From an uncultured Candidatus Rokubacteria bacterium (GTDB taxonomy: Bacteria; Methylomirabilota; Methylomirabilia; Rokubacteriales; CSP1-6), in the NCBI GenBank assembly GCA_963747235.1, contig CAVVEU010000024.1:768364-832363 (forward strand): 64,000 nucleotides of DNA, written 5' to 3'. Positions within the stretch are counted from its first letter, which is position 1. Every line of letters starts with the position of its first letter. This document shows positions 40,879 to 51,400 of this stretch, piece after piece. The notes below the pieces were generated by a model that was given only the letters and a program-made list of their open reading frames with translations, was not told the DNA's origin and ran no database searches. The translations under genes were made by a program, and so were the position numbers.

Positions 40879-42132
40879 TCACCCGCCCGCCTCGGCGGCG
40901 GCCGCTCGTGCCTTGGCCTCGATGCGGTCGATCTTGATCAGCGGAACCAGGAGCCAGCCCACCGCGGTGAAGGCCGCCGAGATCAGCACCAGGGCTGTGT
41001 AGCCCAGCCAGTCGTAGAGGTAGCCGCCCACCATCTGCGAGCCCTGGTTGCCGGCGTTGAAGACCGCCATGAGCAGGGCGAAGAAGGTCGCCTCCACGCG
41101 GCGCGGACAGGCCTTGGCGGCCAGGTCGAGAAAGGCGAGCTGGGTGAGCATGCCCACGCAGCCGAAGACGATGTCGATGACGATGGCCGACCAGGCGTCC
41201 CGATAGAGCAGGTAGGCGAGGAGGCCCGCCACGCCCGCGCCGATCGAGACGTTGATGAGCGGCTTGAGCGGCACGCGGCGGGACAGGGGGGCGTAGATGA
41301 TGGTACCGGCCACGGCGGCAAGGGAGCCGAGCGCGCCCAGGTGGCCGATGAACTGCTGGCTGAACCGGAGCACGTCGGTCTGATAGTAGAGCAGCGCCGG
41401 GCCGAAGGACGGGCTGAAGGTCCAGAAGAAGATGAAGCCGGCGACGATCCACAGATCGCGCTCGCCGAGCGCCCGGCGAATCGCCCCCAGGGCCCGGTGG
41501 AAGGCCTCGCGGCTGACGCGGGCCGGAGGATCGTGAACCACGAAGAGCGTCATGCAGAACGAGACCAGCGGGAAGAGGGCGGCCACCACGAACGCGGCCC
41601 TGAGGCTCCGTCGCTCGGCGAGAAACCCGCCCACCACGCCGACGAGGACGGCGGCCGAGTAGATGGCGCCCCACTGCACGGCCTGGAACGCCCCCGTGAG
41701 GCCGCGGGGCTTGCCGTTCTCGACCATGAGCGCGTCCACCAGCACGTCGGTGAAGGCGAGCCCCAGTCCCATCACGGTGAACAGCCCGACCAGCCACCAG
41801 TAGCTGTGCGGTGCGGCGAGTCCCATCGCCAGGCCGGCGCCGGCGGCCAGCGCGGAGGTCAGGAGCAGGTAGCTCCGGCGGCGCTGGCCGAAGAGCGGCA
41901 CGCAATCCGACAGGAGCCCGTAGGCCGGCTTGATCAGCCAGGGGATGACGCTGAAGCTGAAGAACGTCGCGACCTGGCCGGCCGACATCCCGCGCTCCTT
42001 GAGCGTGATGGTCAGGGTCTGGTTCGGCAGCGACCACATGCCCTGCGCGAAGTAGACGACGGCGAAGAGGATCGCCAGGCGCTGCGCGTCGGGGGACTGA
42101 AACGGGTGCAGCCGCCTCAGACGGTCAAGCAA
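40879..42132 (-). CDS. MFS transporter, BT1/folate-biopterin-like
   Basis: VYFAQG, PWLIKPAYGLLSD..PLFGQRRRSY, DVLVDALMVE, CP...EATFFALLM. Confidence 0.88.
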   Translation of the reverse strand: MLDRLRRLHPFQSPDAQRLAILFAVVYFAQGMWSLPNQTLTITLKERGMSAGQVATFFSFSVIPWLIKPAYGLLSDCVPLFGQRRRSYLLLTSALAAGAGLAMGLAAPHSYWWLVGLFTVMGLGLAFTDVLVDALMVENGKPRGLTGAFQAVQWGAIYSAAVLVGVVGGFLAERRSLRAAFVVAALFPLVSFCMTLFVVHDPPARVSREAFHRALGAIRRALGERDLWIVAGFIFFWTFSPSFGPALLYYQTDVLRFSQQFIGHLGALGSLAAVAGTIIYAPLSRRVPLKPLINVSIGAGVAGLLAYLLYRDAWSAIVIDIVFGCVGMLTQLAFLDLAAKACPRRVEATFFALLMAVFNAGNQGSQMVGGYLYDWLGYTALVLISAAFTAVGWLLVPLIKIDRIEAKARAAAAEAGG

Positions 42133-42272
42133 AGTGGCGAGAGCGTAGTCTCCGGGTCGGGAGGGGTCAAGGCCCAGCCTGAGTAGGTGATTCGTTACCC
42201 ATAGTCGCGACTTGCTCTTGCCGGCTCGCGCTCCCCGCTCCGTAAGTGCTTGCGGCTACGAGCATCCAGGAT

Positions 42273-42288
42273 TGGAACGCGCCTTGCT
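42273..42288 (+). promoter_or_regulatory. Sigma54 promoter
   Basis: TGGAAC-GCGCC-TTGCT, about 22 nt before the ATG at 42310. Confidence 0.68.
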
Positions 42289-42309
42289 CGTAGCAGGCCC
42301 AGACCCGTC

Positions 42310-42525
42310 ATGTGCGTCGCCTGCAAGGCCGATACGTCGTGCAATCATGTGCTGAAGGATTGCGCCGCGATCGACGGCGGGTACTGCATCGTCTGCCATC
42401 ACGACTCGACGATGCCGAACCTCGCCGTCCGCAGGCCCGGGCGGCTTGGTCCGCGGAAGGCCCGGCCGACCCTATCTGCGCTCCTCCGGGAGATTCGGCA
42501 GCGCCGAGGACGCCGCCGAGCCTGA
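42310..42525 (+). CDS. Small Cys/His-rich metal-binding protein (71 aa)
   Basis: MCVACKADTSCNHVLKDCAAIDGGYCIVCHH plus a basic tail. Confidence 0.55.
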   Translation: MCVACKADTSCNHVLKDCAAIDGGYCIVCHHDSTMPNLAVRRPGRLGPRKARPTLSALLREIRQRRGRRRA

Positions 42526-43559
42526 ACATCCTGCTGCGGGGGCTGGGTCAGCTGTTCTCGGAGGACCTCGCCGTCGATCTCGGCACGGCCAACACGCTGG
42601 TCTACGTCCGCGGTAAGGGCATCGTCCTCGATGAGCCCTCCGTCGTCGCCCTCAGCCACCGGGATCACTCGCTCCTGGCGGTCGGCGAGGAGGCCAAAGC
42701 CATGCTGGGCCGGGCCCCCGGCTCGATCGACGTCCTCCGCCCCCTGCGGCATGGGGTGATCGCCGACTTCGATGTCGCGGAGAAGATGCTGAACTACTTC
42801 ATCCGCAAGGCCCACCGCCGTCAGCGCCTGGTCCATCCCCGCATCGTGCTCACGGTCCCATCGGAGATCACGCAGGTCCAGAAGCGCGCCGTGCGGGACT
42901 CCGCGCGGCAAGCGGGGGCCCGCGAGGTGTACTTGATCGAGGAGCCCATGGCGGCCGCCATCGGGGCCGGTCTCCCGATCGAGGCTCCGGGCGCCCACAT
43001 GATCGTGGACATCGGCGGGGGCACGACCGAGGTGGCGATCATGTCGCTGGCCGGGCTCGTCTATGGCAAGTCCATGCGAATCGCCGGCGACGAGATGAAC
43101 GAGGCCGTCGTCCAGCACATGCGCCGAACCTACAACCTGCTGATCGGGGAGCGGCAGGCGGAACAGGTCAAGATCCAGCTGGGCTCCGCCGCCCCGTCGG
43201 ACGGCGAAAGCGAGAAGATGGAGGTCAAGGGGCGAGACCTCATCGACGGCTTCCCCAGGCGCATCACCGTCACCGGCGATGAGATCCGGGAGGCCCTGCG
43301 GGAGGCGGTCGGGGCCATCGTGGCGGCGATCCGTAACTGCCTCGAGCAGGTCCCGCCCGAGCTGGCCGCGGACCTGGTCGACACCGGCATCACGCTGACG
43401 GGCGGGGGCGCGTTGCTGCGCGGCCTGGATCGGCTGCTCCGGGAGAAGACGGCCCTGCCCATCACGGTCGGCGTCGATCCGCTGACCTGTGTCGTCCGGG
43501 GTGCCGGCAAACTGCTCGACACGCTCGACCTGCTCCGGCGGGTGGCGATTCCCACCTAA
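42522..43559 (+). CDS. mreB: Rod shape-determining protein MreB (orphan copy, probable CTG start)
   Basis: DLGTANTLVY, RPLRHGVIADF, EEPMAAAIGAG, DIGGGTT, PPELAAD, LTGGGALL. Confidence 0.93.
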   Translation: MNILLRGLGQLFSEDLAVDLGTANTLVYVRGKGIVLDEPSVVALSHRDHSLLAVGEEAKAMLGRAPGSIDVLRPLRHGVIADFDVAEKMLNYFIRKAHRRQRLVHPRIVLTVPSEITQVQKRAVRDSARQAGAREVYLIEEPMAAAIGAGLPIEAPGAHMIVDIGGGTTEVAIMSLAGLVYGKSMRIAGDEMNEAVVQHMRRTYNLLIGERQAEQVKIQLGSAAPSDGESEKMEVKGRDLIDGFPRRITVTGDEIREALREAVGAIVAAIRNCLEQVPPELAADLVDTGITLTGGGALLRGLDRLLREKTALPITVGVDPLTCVVRGAGKLLDTLDLLRRVAIPT

Positions 43560-43690
43560 TCGCAACCTTCGATCGGGTCCTCCTGAACGCTCCCGGGCGG
43601 TGGTCGGGCATCGTTCATGCGCGAGCACACGATCACGGTGCCAAACAGACCGAGCAGCAAGAACGCGATACCGAGTGCAATCAGCTCCAC
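43556..43690 (-). CDS. Small single-TM protein
   Basis: GAGGAGG RBS, then GTG-ELIALGIAFLLLGLFGTVIV. Confidence 0.45.
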   Translation of the reverse strand: MELIALGIAFLLLGLFGTVIVCSRMNDARPPPGSVQEDPIEGCD

Positions 43691-43846
43691 GCCTTGGCCC
43701 TCCTCGCGATCGTCCGGGCTCGTGCCCGTGTCTGGCCGCACTCCTACGCCAATCGCCGCAACACGTCAAGCTAAAAGTACCAGGGCTTGGGGTGCCGGAT
43801 CCGTCAAGGTCGAGATGTAGTGGGCGCAGATCTGGGAGGGGGCCGC

Positions 43847-45646
43847 GTGACCTATACTCGATCCGTGGGTTTCGCGCCCCTCTCGTCGGTCCGGCCCTGG
43901 GCGGCCCGGCTGGTGCTGATCGGCTACGTCGGCCTCCTGGCGACTTCGATGCTCGTGCCGGGCGGGCGCGCGGGAGTCGCCGGGGCCGGCTTCTTCGACC
44001 TCAGCACCGGCTCCCGCTTCCGCGCGGTTGTCGTCGCCCTGGCCGTGTCCGTGCTGCTGGAGACGGTGCGCTTCCTGCCGGTGGGCGCGCTCGCCGTACT
44101 TTCGCTGCCCTGGACGCGCGCCGATCGGTGGCGGATGCTCCCTGTCGCCGCCACCGCCGGCGCGGGTAGCCTCCTCATCGCCGTCGGCGTCGTCGTACTC
44201 GAGATCGGCCCGCCGTGGCAGTGGCCGGGGCCGTCGGATCTCTTGCTCCCGGCCGTCGGCGGGGTCCTCGGTGTCGGCGCAACTCTCATGGTGTTGGCCG
44301 GTCGCGGGCCGCGCCGCCGCCTGCTGCTCGTCCTGGGCGCGACCCTCCTGGCCGCGCCGATCTTGATTGGCCTCGTCCTGCTCGGTGCGGCCGAGCAAGA
44401 GCCGCTCGTACGGGAAAGCCCCGCCGTGACGTCCGACGAGAAGCGTCGGCTGTATGACCTCTTCCGAGACAAGAATCCCAAGACGCTGGAAGCCGGAGCA
44501 ATGCGCTCCATCAGTCTCGAGAGCCGCGACATCGACCTGCTCCTGGCCTGGGGGCTTCCCGTCGTGCTCGGCGACGGGCGGGGGAGGGCCCACGTCGAGC
44601 TCATGGCATCGCGGCGGGCGCGAGTGTCGCTGACCCTGCGCTTCGCTACTCCCACGGGCCGGGCCCGCTACCTGAACATCGTGGCCGGGGCGCGCGTGCA
44701 GATCGACCGAGGCCGGGCGAGCGTGGCCGACCCGACCCTGCGGCTCGGGCGGCTCGCCCTGCCGGACCAACCCTTGCGGTGGCTGGCGCCGGTCATCAGC
44801 GTCCTGGTCCAGACCGAACGGCGCGCGCGCCCAGTCCTGGCCGGCGTGGAGAGCCTCGACATCGGCCCCGGGCGCGCGAGCCTCGTCTACCGCCGCATGG
44901 AGCTCCCGTCGGGCCTGCTCGCCAGCTTCATCTGGGGGGCCGGCTCGAACGAGGCGATGCAGCTCGCCGTCCGGGCGCACGTCGAGCGGTTGCTGGAGGC
45001 AGTTCCGAGCCTACCCCACGGCGAGCCCCGTCTCGGGGCCGCGGTGGAGGTGGCCTTTGCCCGAGCCCGGGAACGGTCCGCGGCGAGCCCGCCCGTGCTC
45101 GAGAACCGGGCGGCCCTCCTCGCCCTGGGCCTCCTGCTCGGGCATCGGCGCCTCGAGGACGTCGTGGGCCGGGTCCTGGACGAGCGGGACTGGCGGCGTG
45201 CCGCGCCGTTGGCCCGGACCACGCTCCGAGGCCGCGAGGACTGGACGAAGCACTTCTTCGTCAGTGCGGCGCTCACCGTGCTGTCGGCCCAGGCGCCGAG
45301 CGACGCCATCGGCGTCTTCAAGGAGGAGCTGGATGCCGGGGGCGGCAGCGGGTTCTCGTTCGGCGATCTCATGGCCGACCGGGCCGGCACCACGTTCGCC
45401 CTCCTGGCCACCCGCGACGACGCCGCGGCGCGGGCGCTCCAGGCGCGCCTCGCCGCGGGGTTTCGCGTCGACGACTTCTTCCCGGAGGCCGCCGATCTCC
45501 CCGAGGATATCCAGGCCGCCGAGCTCGAGGGGCGCTACGGCGGCGTGGGCGGGCGCCTGTTCCGGCAGTACGCCGCGGAGGTGGAGCGGCGGCTCTGGAG
45601 TTGCCCGGCCTACCGGGCCCTGGCGCCCACCGCCGCGACCAACTAG
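43847..45646 (+). CDS. Large hypothetical membrane protein (VanZ-like N-terminus, YfiM-like C-terminal motif)
   Basis: About 5 TM segments; LRGREDWTKHFFVSAAL..GVFKEELDA..GSGFSFGDLMADRAG. Confidence 0.7.
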   Translation: MTYTRSVGFAPLSSVRPWAARLVLIGYVGLLATSMLVPGGRAGVAGAGFFDLSTGSRFRAVVVALAVSVLLETVRFLPVGALAVLSLPWTRADRWRMLPVAATAGAGSLLIAVGVVVLEIGPPWQWPGPSDLLLPAVGGVLGVGATLMVLAGRGPRRRLLLVLGATLLAAPILIGLVLLGAAEQEPLVRESPAVTSDEKRRLYDLFRDKNPKTLEAGAMRSISLESRDIDLLLAWGLPVVLGDGRGRAHVELMASRRARVSLTLRFATPTGRARYLNIVAGARVQIDRGRASVADPTLRLGRLALPDQPLRWLAPVISVLVQTERRARPVLAGVESLDIGPGRASLVYRRMELPSGLLASFIWGAGSNEAMQLAVRAHVERLLEAVPSLPHGEPRLGAAVEVAFARARERSAASPPVLENRAALLALGLLLGHRRLEDVVGRVLDERDWRRAAPLARTTLRGREDWTKHFFVSAALTVLSAQAPSDAIGVFKEELDAGGGSGFSFGDLMADRAGTTFALLATRDDAAARALQARLAAGFRVDDFFPEAADLPEDIQAAELEGRYGGVGGRLFRQYAAEVERRLWSCPAYRALAPTAATN

Positions 45647-46770
45647 CCCGCGACCTCGGCCAGCACCGTCATCACCCCGTCGGTATGCCGGGCGATGGAG
45701 AAGGTCCGCTGCGCCCATTCCTTGCCGTTCCCGCCCAACCGGGCCCGCAGGGCCGGATCCCCGTACAGACGGTCGATCCGCTCCGCGAGTGCTGCCGGGT
45801 CGCCCGGCGGATAGAGCAGCCCGTTCCACCCATCCCGAATCAGCTCCCGCGTCCCGCCGCTGTTCGCCCCGATGACGGGGAGCCCGAACTTCATCGCCTC
45901 CACCGTCACGCGACCGAACGCCTCCGATCGTGAGCACATCAGGGCGGCGTGCGCCTGGATGAAGTAGCGATCACGATCCTCGGTGAAGTCGATGAAGTCG
46001 ATCACGTCCTCCGCGCCGACGCATGCCGCCAGCTCGCGCAAGCGGAGCCGGTCCGGCTTCGAGCATTCTCCGACCAGCGCCAGCCTGACCTCGCGCCCTC
46101 GCTTGCGCAGCAGGCCGACGGCCCGGATGGCGTCCTGCTGCCCTTTGGACGGCGTCATGACGCCGACGAGGACCAGTCGCAAGGGCCTGTCCTCGGTGCG
46201 GGGGATGTCGCCGAGCCCGTTCGCCACGTCGGCCGCGCAGTAGACGAGGCGCAGCTTGCGGGCCGGGAGCGACCGGGCGAACTCATCGAACAGCGCCTGA
46301 GAGTTGACGATGATTCGGGCCGACAGCCAGTTGATGAGCCGAACACTGGTCGCGAAGCCGAGATCGAATGTCAGGCCGTGGTCTTTCTCGCCAAACTCGT
46401 GCAGATACCAGATGTGCGGGATCCGGAGAACCTTCGCGGCGACGGCGGCAGTTGGAATCGTGAGGGTGTTCGTCACGACGATGTCGGGTGCCAGCCGCTT
46501 CAACAGAGACATGGTCGACCACCCACCGGCCACGTTGTGGTAGGCGCGGCGCATCCCCGCCTCCCAGGACCAGGCCGGAGACACCCACCACTCGTACGCC
46601 AGGCTCCACGTCCGCGCTCCGGCGGCTTCGAGCCGTTGCCCGAGGATGCCGGGGGCCGGCAGAATCACGTCGACCGTCACTCCACGATCGGCGAGCCCTC
46701 CCGCGAGCTCGAGGAGCACGAGCTCGGCTCCTCCGATGGCCGCGGAGTGCGACACGAGCGCGACTTTCAA
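45643..46770 (-). CDS. Glycosyltransferase family 4
   Basis: IGGAE, KGQQD, SEAFGRVTVEAM, GGTRELI. Confidence 0.92.
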   Translation of the reverse strand: MKVALVSHSAAIGGAELVLLELAGGLADRGVTVDVILPAPGILGQRLEAAGARTWSLAYEWWVSPAWSWEAGMRRAYHNVAGGWSTMSLLKRLAPDIVVTNTLTIPTAAVAAKVLRIPHIWYLHEFGEKDHGLTFDLGFATSVRLINWLSARIIVNSQALFDEFARSLPARKLRLVYCAADVANGLGDIPRTEDRPLRLVLVGVMTPSKGQQDAIRAVGLLRKRGREVRLALVGECSKPDRLRLRELAACVGAEDVIDFIDFTEDRDRYFIQAHAALMCSRSEAFGRVTVEAMKFGLPVIGANSGGTRELIRDGWNGLLYPPGDPAALAERIDRLYGDPALRARLGGNGKEWAQRTFSIARHTDGVMTVLAEVAG

Positions 46771-46803
46771 GAATCGCGGCGGCCGGGGGTGAACAGCCGC
46801 GGG

Positions 46804-47793
46804 TCAGTCACCCTGCGAGCCTCGGCGGCCGCGGACGAGCCACCGGTTGAGTCTGCCCTCGGCTTGGGCCAGCCGGTGGGCGAGCGAGAGACCAGTTCGG
46901 GTGCGCAGGAGGCGCGCGAGAATCGAGCTGGGTGGCAGCAACGCCTGGCGCCGCCACCAGGTCCACTCCTTGAACTGCTTGGCGAGGGCCGGGTCGTCTT
47001 CGGCGAGCCGCCACTTGTCCCGGAAGTGATCGAGCGAGGCCCGGTTCCAGGCGTCACTCCACCGCAAGAGGAAGTATCGCAGGTCCGACCAGGCGAGGGG
47101 CGGGGGCGGAAGATAGGTGACGAGGGCCGCGGGCTCGAAGTAGATGTCGCCGCCCGCCTGGCGCACGCTCATGCAGAAGTCGGGATTTTCTAGCGCACTC
47201 TTCAGCCCCTCGTCGAACGGCCCCAGCCGTCGGAGGACGTCCGAGCGCACCAGCATGCAGTGGAACTCCATCATCCCGCAGGGCTCACGCCGGAGTAGTG
47301 GCCGGACCTCGTGCAGCGGCCGGCCCCAGAACTGGAGGTCTTCATGGAACCGGCGGACCCCAGCCTCGTCGACGATGTCGGCGTGTGCCCCCGTCATGTG
47401 GATCACCCCACGCTCGAGCTCGCCCTGGCAATACAAGGGCCCGACGACCCAGGCTCCGGTCTCCTCCGCACACCGCACCAGTGCCTCGAGCCAGCCCGAC
47501 GTGACGAGCACGTCGTTGTCCACGAAGACGATGTAGCGAGTCGCCGCCTCCGAAGCCCCAAGATTCCGAGCCTGGTTGGGCGCCAGGTACCGCTCGGTGC
47601 GGACCAGCCGGAACCCTCGCGCGCGCGCCTGGCCTTCCAGGTAGCGCCTGGTTGGCGCCGGAGAGCCGCCATCCACGTAGACGAGCGTGAACGGGAAGGT
47701 GGTCGTGGCGTAGATGCTCTCGAGTGATCGGCGGGTCATCTGGAAGCGCTCGCGCGGAACGACGACGATCGTGACATCGGGCGCGGTCGTCAT
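46804..47793 (-). CDS. Glycosyltransferase family 2
   Basis: VYVDGGS, ARNLG, VFVDND, GPFDE. Confidence 0.9.
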   Translation of the reverse strand: MTTAPDVTIVVVPRERFQMTRRSLESIYATTTFPFTLVYVDGGSPAPTRRYLEGQARARGFRLVRTERYLAPNQARNLGASEAATRYIVFVDNDVLVTSGWLEALVRCAEETGAWVVGPLYCQGELERGVIHMTGAHADIVDEAGVRRFHEDLQFWGRPLHEVRPLLRREPCGMMEFHCMLVRSDVLRRLGPFDEGLKSALENPDFCMSVRQAGGDIYFEPAALVTYLPPPPLAWSDLRYFLLRWSDAWNRASLDHFRDKWRLAEDDPALAKQFKEWTWWRRQALLPPSSILARLLRTRTGLSLAHRLAQAEGRLNRWLVRGRRGSQGD

Positions 47794-48049
47794 TGGTCCG
47801 ACCCCTTCCTGAACTCCGGTTGACAATCACCGCGGAGGGCTGACCAGTACCACGGCTCGACCTCCGCCGGCAACCTATCTCTGGAGGAGACCGGGTCGAA
47901 CGGCTCGGGTCCCCCTGGCGCCGGCCGCACCTCGTGGCTAAGGTCCAATAGACACGTCGGATGACGCGCCCCATACTCGGTGACGGAACGATCCCGCGAC
48001 ACGGGCCATTGCGGCACCCGCGATCGACCCGAGCCGGAAAGGAAACATC

Positions 48050-48394
48050 ATGAGACGATTTGGACTGGTCATCGTGCTGGTATTCCCGCTCTCGCTGCTC
48101 GCGTCCGACTTCGCCTTCGCGGCCGATGATGCGAAGGTGAAGGCCGGGATGGAGCAGGTCGAAAGCGGAGCGAAGAAGATCCCCAGTAGCAAGATCGGGG
48201 AGGGCGTCGAAGAGACCGCCAAGGGCATCGGTACGACGGTGTCCGAAGGCGCAAAGTACAGTGGCGAGAAGCTGAAGGAAGCGGGTCAGGCCGCGGAGCC
48301 ACCGGCGAAGACCGCGTGGGGCAACGCGCGCGATAGCGCCGTCGGGTTCGGGCACAGCGTCAAGGGCTTCTTCACGAAGCTCTTCTCGAACTGA
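48050..48394 (+). CDS. Secreted Lys/Glu/Ala-rich hypothetical protein
   Basis: Signal peptide ending AFA; AAGGA RBS; amphipathic low-complexity helices. Confidence 0.75.
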   Translation: MRRFGLVIVLVFPLSLLASDFAFAADDAKVKAGMEQVESGAKKIPSSKIGEGVEETAKGIGTTVSEGAKYSGEKLKEAGQAAEPPAKTAWGNARDSAVGFGHSVKGFFTKLFSN

Positions 48395-48499
48395 CGGACG
48401 GTAGTTCTCGCGGGTACTCCCCGCTGAAGAAGCGTGCAATGCGGTTGCGACCTCCCTCGCGCAACGAATTCTGTATCTCTGATCTGAACGGAGGCCGCC

Positions 48500-51400
48500 A
48501 TGGCCGAGCACAGCTCCGCCTCTCGTGACGGCGACGCCGGCAAGGCGGAGGCCAGCCCCGAAGTCCGACGCGAAGCAGCCCTGCTCAAGACGGGGGCCTT
48601 GCAAGACGCGATTTTCAACAGCGCGAACTTCTCCAGCATCGCGACCGACGAGAAGGGCGTCATTCAATTGTTCAATGTCGGCGCCGAGCGGATGCTGGGC
48701 TACACCGCCGCCGAGGTGCTGAACAAGATCACGCCGGCCGACATTTCCGATCCGCAGGAAGTGATCGCGCGCGCCAAGGCGCTCAGCGTCGAGCTCGGGA
48801 CCCCGATCACCCCGGGCTTCGAGGCCCTGGTCTTCAAGGCCGCGCGCGGGATCGAGGACATCTACGAGCTGACGTATATCCGCAAGGACGGCAGCCGGTT
48901 CGGGGCGGTCGTGTCCGTCACGGCGCTGCGCGACGCTCAAGAAGCAATCATCGGCTATCTGTTGATCGGCACCGACAACACCGCGCGCCAGCAGGCGGAA
49001 GAGGCGCTGCTCCAGGCGGGGGCCCTGCAGCGCGCGATTTTCAACAGCGCCAACTTCTCGAGCATCGCGACCGACGAGAAGGGCGTCATTCAGATCTTCA
49101 ATGTCGGCGCCGAGCGGATGCTGGGCTACACGGCCGCCGAAGTGATGAACAAGATCACGCCGGCCGACATTTCCGATCCGCAGGAAGTGATCGCGCGCGC
49201 CAAGGCGCTCAGCGTCGAGCTCGGGACCCCGATCACGCCGGGCTTCGAGGCCCTGGTGTTCAAGGCCTCGCGCGGGATCGAGGACATCTACGAGCTGACC
49301 TACTTCCGCAAGGACGGGAGCCGGTTCCCGGCGGTGGTGTCCGTCACGGCGCTGCGCGACGCGCAGGACGCCATCATCGGCTATCTGCTGATCGGCACCG
49401 ATAATACCGCGCGCAAGCAGGTCGAAGCGGATCAGAAGCAGCTCGATCAGCGCCTGCGCGACCAGCAGTTCTACACGCGCTCGCTCATCGAGTCGAACAT
49501 CGACGCGCTGATGACCACCGATCCGTCCGGCATCATCACGGACGTCAACAAGCAGATGGAGGCGCTCACCGGTTGCACGCGCGACGAATTGATCGGCGCG
49601 CCGTTCAAGAATTACTTCACGGATCCGGAGCTGGCCGAGACGGGTATCAAGCGGGTCCTGAGCGAGAAGAAGGTCACCAACTACGAGCTCACCGCGCGCG
49701 CCCGGGACGGCAAGGAAACCGTGGTGTCCTACAACGCGACCACGTTCTACGATCGGGATCGGCGTTTGCAGGGCGTGTTCGCGGCCGCGCGCGACGTCAC
49801 CGAGCGCAAGCGCCTGGATCAGATTCTGCAGGAGAAGAATGTCGAGCTGGAGAGCGCCAGGTCCGCGGCGGACAAGGCCAATCGGGCGAAATCGGATTTT
49901 CTCGCCCGCATGAGCCACGAGATCCGGACGCCGATGAACGCCATCATCGGCATGGCGGACCTGCTGTGGGAGACCTCGTTGGCCGCGGAGCAGCGCGAGT
50001 ACGTCCGCATCTTCAGGAAGGCGGGGAGCCAGCTCCTGGACCTGATCAACGACATCCTGGACCTGTCCAAGGTGGAGGCCGGCCATCTGGTGCTCGAGAG
50101 CCTCGACTTCGATCTCGGCGAGGTCCTCGACAAGACGCTCGAGATGATGGCGATTCGCGCCCACGAGAAGGGGCTCGAGCTGGCGCTTTGCATCGCGCCG
50201 GAGATCCCCACCACGCTGGTCGGCGATCCGGCGCGGCTGCGGCAGGTGCTCATCAATCTCATTGGCAACGCCATCAAGTTCACCGAGCGCGGCGAGGTGA
50301 TCGTGCGGGTCGAGCGTGATCCCGAGAACGCCGCCCCTGGCGCCCTGCGGTTCGCGGTCTGCGACACCGGGATCGGGGTGCCCGAGGAGACCCGCGAGCT
50401 GATCTTTGCCCCCTACGCCCAGGTGGACACCTCCACGACGCGCAAGTTCGGCGGGAGTGGCCTCGGACTGGCCATCTCGCGGGAGGTCGTCGAGCTGATG
50501 CAGGGGCGGATCTGGGCGGAAAGCCGCATCGGAGCCGGCAGCACGTTCTACTTCACGGCTCGGTTCGGGGTCGGCAGCAAGCTTCCGCTCAGGGCCCTCT
50601 CCGGGCTGATGGATCTGAAGGGCGTGAAGACCCTGGTCATCGACGACAACACGACGAACCGGCTGATCCTCCGGGAGATGCTCTCGCGCTGGGGCGCCGT
50701 GGTGACGGAAGCGGACGGGGGCGAGCAGGGGCTCGCGGAGCTGCGGCGGGCCCAGCAGGCCGCGGTCCCGTATGCCCTGGTGTTGCTGGACTGCCGCATG
50801 CCCGCCGTCGATGGGTTCCAGGTGGCCGAGCAGATGCATCAGCATCCGACCATGGCCCGGACGACGATCCTGATGCTCACGTCGGACAACCGCGCCGGGG
50901 ATTTCGCCCGCAGCCGCGACCTGGGGGTGGCGGCGTACCTGGTGAAGCCGGTGAAGCGCGCCGAGCTCCTGGAGGCGATCCAGCAGGCCCGCGCCGGCGC
51001 GGCCGCTCTGGTGGAGCGCGCCGCGCCGGGAGGCGTGCTGGAAGACGCGCGAGGGCTGCGGATCCTCCTGGCCGAGGATTCCCTGGATAATGTGCTGCTG
51101 ATCCAATCGTACCTGAACGCCAGCGGGTGCCGCGTGGATCTGGCCTGCAACGGCGACGTCGCGCTGCAGATGTGCATCGCCGGCACGTACGACGTCGTCC
51201 TCATGGATGTGCAGATGCCGATCATGGACGGGTACTCCGCCACCCGCGGGATCCGCCAGTGGGAAGGCGAGCACCGCGCTCGGCCGGTGCCGATCCTGGC
51301 CCTGACCGCTCACGCGCTGCCGGAGGAGGTCCAGAAGAGCCTCGAAGCCGGCTGCACGGCCCACCTCACCAAACCCATCCGCAAAGCGACGCTCCTGCAC

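Noticed and set aside
42310-42525. c-type cytochrome (CIVCH)
   Set aside because: No signal peptide and extra Cys residues; zinc binding is more plausible
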